This document shows, one piece after another, positions 54,182-61,257 of a DNA stretch of 64,000 nucleotides (position 1 is its first letter; every line of letters begins with the position of its first letter). The position numbers and the translations under genes were made by a program. The stretch is taken from IMG/VR virus record IMGVR_UViG_3300047673_000294; one strand, given 5' to 3'. The stretch is from an uncultured virus (IMG/VR IMGVR_UViG_3300047673_000294) (Duplodnaviria; Heunggongvirae; Uroviricota; Caudoviricetes). The notes under the pieces are model-generated. The model was not told the origin of the DNA. It searched no databases and saw only the letters and a list, made by a program, of their open reading frames with translations.

Positions 54182-54560
54182 CCCGTTATCGGAGTCCACA
54201 TTGAGTCCACAACCCCACGGGCCAGTACTTCAGATCACTCCTGTGGGGGACTGGACTATGTGCCTCGGGCACGTAAAGTGGCGCGCACGAGAGGGGCAGG
54301 TGCTACTCCCCACGCGCGCCTGAGACTCGCCTCTCGCAAACCTGCGTGGCGCCCGTCGGGGAGGCGGCCCACACAGGCAGAGGCCCCCACCGGGCTATTC
54401 GGTGGGGGCCTTCTGGGTTCCACAGTAAACCGCCCCGGCGACAGAGGTCGCCGGGGCGGGGCACCTTTGACTCAGTCATGGTGCCTGACGGCCTGATCTG
54501 GATGGAGACTCGTACATCCAGACGGGCCGCTTCCTGTGCCCGGCCGTCTGGATCATTAAA

Positions 54561-54578
54561 TTTGCCTGGCCAGGCAAA
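54561..54578. promoter_or_regulatory. perfect 18-bp palindrome upstream of XRE gene
   Basis: TTTGCCTGGCCAGGCAAA. Confidence 0.6.
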
Positions 54579-54611
54579 GACAACAGCGCATGATCGTTAA
54601 AGCGTGGGCGG

Positions 54612-54845
54612 GTGCCACTCGACCCGATGCCCGACTGGGTACTCCCGCGCCGTAGGGAGATCGGGGTGCGCCTTCGTGAAGCCCGGTTAGGCGCCGGGCT
54701 GACCCAGGCTCAGCTTGCTGAGCGCATCGGACGCGAACACCGCACCATCCACCGATGGGAGTACGCGGCGCGAATCCCCTCGCTGGAGGATCTGCTGCTT
54801 CTGGCCGACGCGCTGAACACTCCGCTCGCCGACCTTGTGCGTTGA
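54612..54845 (+). CDS. XRE-family HTH regulator (contains a TTA codon)
   Basis: LREAR..AGLTQAQLAERIG...TIHRWE...PSLEDLLLLADAL; TTA at 54687. Confidence 0.88.
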   Translation: MPLDPMPDWVLPRRREIGVRLREARLGAGLTQAQLAERIGREHRTIHRWEYAARIPSLEDLLLLADALNTPLADLVR

Positions 54846-54922
54846 GCGGCCGCCCCCACCAGGGGCGACAGGGGCGACCGCCATCCACCCGTGCCCGGCA
54901 CCGCCGCGCCGGGACCGGGAAC

Positions 54923-55090
54923 CTACCGAGTCTGAGCACCCAGACCAGACGGGGCCGTCGGCTGAGGCGAGCGACGGCACGGCTGCGAGTGCACAGCGAT
55001 CGTGACCGGCGGCCCGGACGCACGATCGACCGTCTCGACGTCATGGCGGTCGCCAGGCAGGATCGGCATGTCACAGCGGGCGCACATCAT
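54923..55090 (-). CDS. small Cys/His protein
   Basis: MMCARCD.PI.PG...VH..PC. Confidence 0.6.
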   Translation of the reverse strand: MMCARCDMPILPGDRHDVETVDRASGPPVTIAVHSQPCRRSPQPTAPSGLGAQTR

Positions 55091-55272
55091 CGGCGTCGGT
55101 CCTTGTCGGCAGAGGATGGAGTGGCGCGGACCCCGTGACAGCGGCACCCGCACTTGATCGTCATGATCGGCGCCTCCCAGGCAGGGGCGCCCTGGCGTCG
55201 GATGACAGCCGGTCCGCCGCACATCGCGTGCTCGCTGAGGCTGCACTCCGGGGTCGTCTCGACGGCGCTCAC
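55087..55272 (-). CDS. small Cys/His-rich protein
   Basis: homolog of 1-175. Confidence 0.65.
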   Translation of the reverse strand: MSAVETTPECSLSEHAMCGGPAVIRRQGAPAWEAPIMTIKCGCRCHGVRATPSSADKDRRR

Positions 55273-55466
55273 GACAGGTCGGCCAGCGGGACGAGGCCGC
55301 GCTGCTCGCGGCACGGCGCGCACGCGTACAGCGGCATGGGCGGGGCGGAGTTCTTCTCGATCGCGTCCACCAGGACCGCGGTCTCGGATGGGCCCTTGTG
55401 CCAGTGACACCACTGGACGGGCGCCTGCTCTGTGCGCGATGCCGAAGCGTGCGTAGGCTTTCCCAT
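55269..55466 (-). CDS. small Cys/His-rich protein
   Basis: WCHWHKGPS...YACAPCREQRGL; homolog of 172-372. Confidence 0.7.
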   Translation of the reverse strand: MGKPTHASASRTEQAPVQWCHWHKGPSETAVLVDAIEKNSAPPMPLYACAPCREQRGLVPLADLS

Positions 55467-55520
55467 GTCGACTCCAACCAGTCGGCCGTCCCCGGGGCCG
55501 TATCAGCGGCTGCCGGGGTT
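55467..55520. ncRNA. second copy of two-hairpin gntR-associated element
   Basis: identical first hairpin; second stem CCCCGG..GCCG/CGGC..CCGGGG. Confidence 0.5.
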
Positions 55521-55620
55521 CTACGTGTCTCCGCAGCGTAGCCCTAGGTAGCTAGGGTAGCTAGGCGTGTCAGGCAATCTCGTCTCGCCGGGTAGGCCTG
55601 CCCTGCCTAGCGTCGAGATC

Positions 55621-55857
55621 ATGGACTGGAAGCCGGACATCCCGCGATGGCAGCAGGTGTACGAGATCATCGAGGCGCGGATCGCAGACGGGACCTATCC
55701 GCCGGGCGCGCAGCTGCCGGGCGTGCTGGCACTCCACGGCGAGTTCGGCATCGCGCAGATGACGGCGCGACGGGTGCTGACCGAGCTGAGGGACGCCGGC
55801 CTCGCACAGATGCAACCGGGCATCGGGACGTTCGTCACCGAGCTGCCCAAGCCGTAA
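55621..55857 (+). CDS. GntR-family winged-helix regulator (HTH only)
   Basis: PRWQQVY.IIEARIADGTYPPG.QLP...FGIAQMTARRVL...PGIGTFV. Confidence 0.9.
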   Translation: MDWKPDIPRWQQVYEIIEARIADGTYPPGAQLPGVLALHGEFGIAQMTARRVLTELRDAGLAQMQPGIGTFVTELPKP

Positions 55858-55929
55858 GGGTGGGCACTGGCGCCCACCCCTCGACGCACGAAAGCGGCCC
55901 CGCCCTCCCGGAGGAGAGCGGGGCCGCGG

Positions 55930-56199
55930 TCATCTGTGGAAGAGGGCAGCTGCGCCGGTGGCGGCGCCGGCGAGGCCAGTCAGGATGCCGAGTGTGGGCA
56001 GTGGCCATCGCCCCTTTTCCAGCGTGCGGATGCGGGTCTCGTGGTCGGCGACGTCTTTGTCGAGGTCGTGGAGGCCCTGTCCGATGCTGTCCAGTTTGGT
56101 CTCTACCCGGGTCAGGCCATCGCTCAGGGATCTCAACTCCTGGTACATCTGCGCGCTGGAGATGTAGACACCCGCCGGGTCCGAGGCGGGGGCGCCCAT
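55930..56199 (-). CDS. lysis-cassette coiled-coil/TM protein
   Basis: near-identical to 2038-2307. Confidence 0.75.
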   Translation of the reverse strand: MGAPASDPAGVYISSAQMYQELRSLSDGLTRVETKLDSIGQGLHDLDKDVADHETRIRTLEKGRWPLPTLGILTGLAGAATGAAALFHR

Positions 56200-56468
56200 C
56201 AGACGCCGGGCGCCGAGCTGGCGCTGTAGCGCTGGCCGAAGCTGCGGACGAACAGACCCTTCACCAGGGAGACGGCTGCGGCGATACCGGCCGTGGCCGC
56301 GCCCTGCCAGAAGGAGACGTGCAGCATGTCGCCGGGGCCGCCCGCGAGGGCGACAGCGCCGGCGGCGCCGAGGAACGTCCAGAGGACGCGTTCGATCAGG
56401 TCGACGGCGTAGGTCTTCGCCGTCTTCACGACGGTCTCAGCCTCGCCGGGGAGGGTGAACTCGGGCAT
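56199..56468 (-). CDS. holin
   Basis: homolog of 2307-2576. Confidence 0.75.
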   Translation of the reverse strand: MPEFTLPGEAETVVKTAKTYAVDLIERVLWTFLGAAGAVALAGGPGDMLHVSFWQGAATAGIAAAVSLVKGLFVRSFGQRYSASSAPGV

Positions 56469-56477
56469 GGGACTACC

Positions 56478-57239
56478 TCACTTCTTCTCGAGCGCGGTGA
56501 CGCGCTTCTCCAGGGCGGTGAGCCGCTGGTCGGTGGTCAGCGGCGGCTTCGGGGCCGGGCCCGGGAGTGGGGCGGGGAGAGTGACCGGCTTCGACCACGA
56601 GGCGGGGTGCGTCAGCCGCTCGGCGACGTCGAGCCGGAGCTGGCTCATGGTGAAGGTGAACTTGCCGCGGGTGCCGTACCCCTCGACCGGCCCGGCCGGG
56701 TCGATCTTCCCCTCGACCGAGGTCTCCAGGTGCCCGGCGACGGAGCCCGATCCCCAGCCGTGGTGGCGGCAGATCGCAGCGTTCCAGCGGACCCACGCGT
56801 CGTACTGCGCCCGCGTGTACACGTCGCGGCCGTTGCCGAGGTTCTCGGTCTCGATGCCGTACAGCTGGTCGTTGCCGTCGACCGTGCTCGACTTGTCCTG
56901 CTTGGGCAGTGCCTTCTCGGCGGTGATCGCCGCCATGACGTTGGCGGCGGCGAGGCCGGCGTGGTTGGCGCGGTGGCAGGAGACCAGCACGGCGATGCCC
57001 GACTTGGGCAGGAACGTGTGGCAGAGCGGCGGCGGGAGGCTGGGGGCCCCGGCGGTGGCCACGGTCTTCAGCGAGTCGGACCCGGCCGTGTGGTGGTTGA
57101 GGACGCCGTGGACCGGGCCGAAGGTCTTGCCGGTGGCGGCGTCGCGTCCGCTGGTTTCCCAGCCGTGGAACTCGGTGAAGCGGACGCCCTCCGCCTTCAG
57201 CGCCGCGCGCCATTCGGCCGCGGACATGGGTGTGGCCAT
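56478..57239 (-). CDS. endolysin, amidase (different subfamily from prophage A)
   Basis: GVLNHHTAG, RANHAG, YGIETEN, VAGHLE, KIDP. Confidence 0.88.
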   Translation of the reverse strand: MATPMSAAEWRAALKAEGVRFTEFHGWETSGRDAATGKTFGPVHGVLNHHTAGSDSLKTVATAGAPSLPPPLCHTFLPKSGIAVLVSCHRANHAGLAAANVMAAITAEKALPKQDKSSTVDGNDQLYGIETENLGNGRDVYTRAQYDAWVRWNAAICRHHGWGSGSVAGHLETSVEGKIDPAGPVEGYGTRGKFTFTMSQLRLDVAERLTHPASWSKPVTLPAPLPGPAPKPPLTTDQRLTALEKRVTALEKK

Positions 57240-57301
57240 GCGGACTCCAGACATAAGAAAGGCCCCGGCCTGGAGGCGCGGGGCGGCAGGTGAGGGGCGG
57301 G

Positions 57302-57511
57302 TCAGGGAATCTCGGGCTGCGGGGCGAGCAGCGTTGCGGAGACGAGCGTCATCGGCTGCTTGCAGAGGCCGCACTCGACGATCACGCGGCCGCCGTTGGA
57401 GTAGCACGGGTTGACCTCGAACTCCCTGCCCGAGTTCTCCTCGCACTCCGCGTTGTCGTCCCGGGCGGTGACCGAGTACCAGAGCGCGGGCTGGAACGTC
57501 ACGTCGCTCAT
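57302..57511 (-). CDS. small Cys-containing tail-associated protein
   Basis: VECGLC; ATGA coupled. Confidence 0.55.
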   Translation of the reverse strand: MSDVTFQPALWYSVTARDDNAECEENSGREFEVNPCYSNGGRVIVECGLCKQPMTLVSATLLAPQPEIP

Positions 57512-58254
57512 GAGCCGACCACCCACCAGTTCACGAAGGTCGCGGTGGTGTTGGTACGGGTCACCCATACGGTGAGGCCCGTCGAGGTCACAGACGTGGC
57601 GCTCGCGCCGGTGACCTGCGACCCGGGCGCAGCCGTGCTGGCCACCGCGTAGCCGAGGAACGTCGCCCCTTGGACGCTGAGGCCGGTGACGTTTATCGAC
57701 GTGGGCGCGTTCGCAGCGCTCGGAGTGATGCTGACCTGCCCGAACGCCAGGCTCCCCGCGCTCAGGACGCCGCTCACGTCGAGGTTGCACGGGCCGCCGC
57801 TCTCGGCCTGCATGTACACGTAGGGCGCATTGCCCGCGAACGTCGACTCCAGCGTGATGATGGCGCGATGCTGGCTGGCTTTCACCGATCCGGAGGTGAG
57901 GATCAGGTCGGTGTACTGGTCAGCGTCGGAGGCGTAGGTGACGGAGGCGGGGACATCGACTCGGTCGTCCTCGACGGGCCGGAACTGCAGCTGTCCCGAG
58001 GACAGGAGGGCGGCCATGTTGATCGGGTCCTGGAGTCCGCGGGTCCACAGGCCGCCGCCGCTGTCGCCGCCGGCGTCCGGGCCGAGTTCGGCGAGCAGGG
58101 TGGTGCCGTCGTCCGCGTACACGCGGAGGGTGCCGACACTCGCGGCGCCCATACGTCGGGCTGCCCGCAGCTCTCGCACCTCGCGCTCCAGCACGGACAG
58201 TCGGCGGGCCAGGCTGGTCGCGTCAGGCGGCAGCTGGTCGAGCTGTCGGGGCAT
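57508..58254 (-). CDS. minor tail protein
   Basis: N-terminal coiled coil LARRL..LERE, beta-rich C-terminus. Confidence 0.7.
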   Translation of the reverse strand: MPRQLDQLPPDATSLARRLSVLEREVRELRAARRMGAASVGTLRVYADDGTTLLAELGPDAGGDSGGGLWTRGLQDPINMAALLSSGQLQFRPVEDDRVDVPASVTYASDADQYTDLILTSGSVKASQHRAIITLESTFAGNAPYVYMQAESGGPCNLDVSGVLSAGSLAFGQVSITPSAANAPTSINVTGLSVQGATFLGYAVASTAAPGSQVTGASATSVTSTGLTVWVTRTNTTATFVNWWVVGS

Positions 58255-59336
58255 CAGTCCTCCTCCACGATGATCGGCCGGATCCGGTCGGTGCCGGCGT
58301 CGAGTTCCCAGCTCCAGCAGCGGGCCGAGACCGAGGCGCCGTTCGGGTGGCGGGGGGATGTCTCGACTGCGAGGCGGATGGTGTCGCCGAGCGCCCAGTC
58401 CTGGCCGAGTCGGGGCGCCTGAGAGGCGGTGGCCTCAAGGGTCCACACCTGTGCTCCCTGCGCCATGAGTGCCAGAGACTGGGTGGCGTGCGCGTCGAGC
58501 TGGTCGGGGTCGGTGAGGCCCGTGGCGGGGGTGTAGCGGTACTCCCAGCGAGGCCAGCCGGTCGCGATGAGTGCGGTCGCCTCGTGGGCGGTCGAGGTGA
58601 GGCGGGAGCTGCCCTCGCCCTCGCCGCGGGCCAGGACGACGGTCGCGCCCTTGCCCGCCTCGTAGGACTCGGACAGGCGATACGAGGCGACGCAGCCCGG
58701 GAAGTCGAATGTGACGGGCAAGCTGGACTGCAGGCCGACTGCTGGCCGAACACGGAAGGGGAACTGGAAACCGCTGTGGCTGGCGTTCCAGGCGATGTCG
58801 ATCGTCCACTCCGGGCCGCCGTCCAGGCCCATGATCTCCTGCAGGCACGACAGGATGCTTTTGTCGTCGCCGTCCTGCGTGTAGTAGTCCATGACGACGC
58901 CCGTGCTCGGGGCGTCGATGACGAGCGGCGGACCATCGGTGAGCGCTGGGGTGACGAGGGCGCTGACAACGGCCGCCTGGTCCGTGCCGACGAGGGTCTG
59001 CGTTCCGGGGAACCGGCCGTCGAGGTACCGCTCCAGGGTGGCGGCGCCCATCTGCACGGTCTGGTCACTGCCTCCGTCGCGCGGCAGGACGACACCGGCC
59101 CACAGCGGGGTGTCCGTGGCGGTGTCGACGGCGACGAGGAGCGTCCTCCCCGGCGCGGTCGCGGCGTCCCACCCGGCGGGGGCGCCGGGCAGGTTGAGGT
59201 CGAACTGCAGAGTGGTCGACTCGCCGATTTTCCGCGACAACGCACCCGAGGGCTTGAGGGAGGGGAGGTCCTCGACAATGCCGCCGGTCCGCAGGTCGCA
59301 GCCGTACCAGGCGAGTTGGTAGGGCGTGCCTGTCAT
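58254..59336 (-). CDS. minor tail protein (Tal/Gp37-like)
   Basis: DLRTG.IVEDLP, PLWAG, ARGEGEG, WALGD. Confidence 0.75.
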   Translation of the reverse strand: MTGTPYQLAWYGCDLRTGGIVEDLPSLKPSGALSRKIGESTTLQFDLNLPGAPAGWDAATAPGRTLLVAVDTATDTPLWAGVVLPRDGGSDQTVQMGAATLERYLDGRFPGTQTLVGTDQAAVVSALVTPALTDGPPLVIDAPSTGVVMDYYTQDGDDKSILSCLQEIMGLDGGPEWTIDIAWNASHSGFQFPFRVRPAVGLQSSLPVTFDFPGCVASYRLSESYEAGKGATVVLARGEGEGSSRLTSTAHEATALIATGWPRWEYRYTPATGLTDPDQLDAHATQSLALMAQGAQVWTLEATASQAPRLGQDWALGDTIRLAVETSPRHPNGASVSARCWSWELDAGTDRIRPIIVEED

Positions 59337-60364
59337 GTCGCCGACTCGTAGACGCCGGTCATGCGCAGCTGGTTGGTGCTCGCGAAAGTCTCCGGCCGGG
59401 TCGGGTTCATGACGTCGATGCGCGTGTTGGTCGAGGAAATGTTGAAGAACGCGCCGATCGCACTCGCTCCGGGCGAGACGATCGCCTGCCCCATCCATCG
59501 GTCTGTGCCGAGGAAATGCGCGCTCATGACGTAGCTGCACCCGACACTGGCCGCAGCGAACGGGATCGCCCAGTTGTACGTCCCCGACCCGTAGGTCGTC
59601 GTGCTGCCGGGGATCAGGTTGATGTGGATGGTGACCTGCCGTCCGATCTTGCAATAGCGTCCGACGAGTGTGCCGTTGCCCAGGCTGGGGTTGCTGCCGG
59701 AGCCCGTCCACGTCGGCGTGTACGAGGTCCAGGCGCCCGGCGCTTTGACGTAGGTGTCCCAAGCGGAGCCGTTCCAGCGGAGCAGGTCGGTGCCGTTGTC
59801 GTAGAACTGCCCGGTGTACGGGCTGGACGGGGCTGTCGACGAGGGCAGGATGCCGCCCGGGGCCGTCGTGTACGGCCTGACTGACGTGCTCACGGAAGCG
59901 GTGGAGCCGTTCGACACGGACAGGACCGAGATGGTGGCGAGCGGCATGTAGATCTGCGTGCCCGCCGGCGTCGGCGCCACCGGCGACGCGGACGGAGTGC
60001 CCGCCAGGTAGACGATGTCGCCCTTGGCGAGGCCGGAAGCGTCGACACTGTTGTCCCAGACGCGCAGGTAGACGAGGTCGATGCGGTTCAGGGTGGCGTG
60101 CGCGGCCGTGTATGTGCCGGGCGACACCGAGGACGGGAGAGCGACCCGGTAGACGCCCTGGCCGCTGTAGGCGACAGCGGCCACGCCGGCCGAGCAGTTG
60201 ATCGTCGTTCCGGCCAGCGTGACGGTCAGGCCGGGGTCGCCGGGCCGAACACCCGACCGGGAGCCGAGCGCGGTCGCGTCGGTCATGATGTCCATCGCCC
60301 CGGCGTTGCGGGCCTCCAGGCCGGAGAAGGTCAGCGTGTCGATGGCCCATACGTCTACTGGCAT
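59333..60364 (-). CDS. minor tail / receptor-binding protein
   Basis: NRIDLV, WTSYTPTW...GNGTLVGRY. Confidence 0.7.
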   Translation of the reverse strand: MPVDVWAIDTLTFSGLEARNAGAMDIMTDATALGSRSGVRPGDPGLTVTLAGTTINCSAGVAAVAYSGQGVYRVALPSSVSPGTYTAAHATLNRIDLVYLRVWDNSVDASGLAKGDIVYLAGTPSASPVAPTPAGTQIYMPLATISVLSVSNGSTASVSTSVRPYTTAPGGILPSSTAPSSPYTGQFYDNGTDLLRWNGSAWDTYVKAPGAWTSYTPTWTGSGSNPSLGNGTLVGRYCKIGRQVTIHINLIPGSTTTYGSGTYNWAIPFAAASVGCSYVMSAHFLGTDRWMGQAIVSPGASAIGAFFNISSTNTRIDVMNPTRPETFASTNQLRMTGVYESAT

Positions 60365-60374
60365 ATCTGCCTCC

Positions 60375-61244
60375 TCACATCCAGGCCGAACGCCACGTGG
60401 CGGTCAGCGTCGCGCTTGCGTTGTAGGTGCTGGACTGGAACTGGTAGTTGACCGTCGAGCCCGCCGGGATGGTGGGCCAGCCTGCGGACACCGTCATGAA
60501 CCGGCGCCTGCTCACGCCGCCGTTGAGGACCACCGTGTGTGCGTCGGTGTCGATGACGAGGCTGTCGCCGCTGGCCAGGTCGAGCGAGTAGGCGAGTTGC
60601 CGGACCGTGCCGTCCGGGTACAGGGCGGACACGGTGGGCGCGACGACGGGCCCGGCGATCGTGATGATCGGCCGGGTGTCCAGCGAGCCCGAGTTGACCG
60701 CGTTGATCTGCCCGGACACCGTCACCGCCGAGAAGGCCACCGGGAAGGTGACCGGGAACGTCAGGCCGCCGGTCGTGGCGGGCAGCCCGGTCGTGCCGGT
60801 CTGCAAGGTGGTGCCGTACCGGCGAGGATCGGCAGCCGTCACGAGGACCGACCAGGTCGCGGTCCGGTCGGTGACGTACTGGGCCAGCAGCTTCCCCGAC
60901 CGCCTCACGGTCGCCTGCTTGGGCGTGGTCTCCCACACCGTCAGCGTCGTGTCCGTCAGGGCGGCCGCCGCGTACAGCTGGTCCAGCGCGGTATCGAGGG
61001 AGACCCGGTCCGGGGCCTCCACCGTGCCGGCCAGGGTGACGGGCCGGGACCCGAGATAGACCGGCGCCGCCCACGAGCCGTGATCCGCCTCCCGCTCCTG
61101 GACCTCGGCCCGCACCTCCGCGCTGTCCCAGCCCTCGAGGGACTGCAGGAACCAGGCCACCCCCACTGCGTCGACCGCGCCGAGGCGGAGTGTGCCGAGG
61201 GTGGCCTGCCGGCCGTCGATGTCCGTTCCTGGGGTGTAGGCCAC
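60375..61244 (-). CDS. distal tail (Dit-like) protein
   Basis: LEGWD, R.VTL.G, AADPRRYG, TFPVTFP, N.G...P.ITIAGP. Confidence 0.8.
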   Translation of the reverse strand: MAYTPGTDIDGRQATLGTLRLGAVDAVGVAWFLQSLEGWDSAEVRAEVQEREADHGSWAAPVYLGSRPVTLAGTVEAPDRVSLDTALDQLYAAAALTDTTLTVWETTPKQATVRRSGKLLAQYVTDRTATWSVLVTAADPRRYGTTLQTGTTGLPATTGGLTFPVTFPVAFSAVTVSGQINAVNSGSLDTRPIITIAGPVVAPTVSALYPDGTVRQLAYSLDLASGDSLVIDTDAHTVVLNGGVSRRRFMTVSAGWPTIPAGSTVNYQFQSSTYNASATLTATWRSAWM

Positions 61245-61257
61245 CCGTCGCCTCCTC

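Larger units (their letters stand above)
53944..54211 (+). repeat. integrase arm-type repeats flanking att core
   Basis: GGAGTCCACA at 53944, 53955, 54191 and TGAGTCCACA at 54202; pairs with 11-bp period. Confidence 0.75.
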
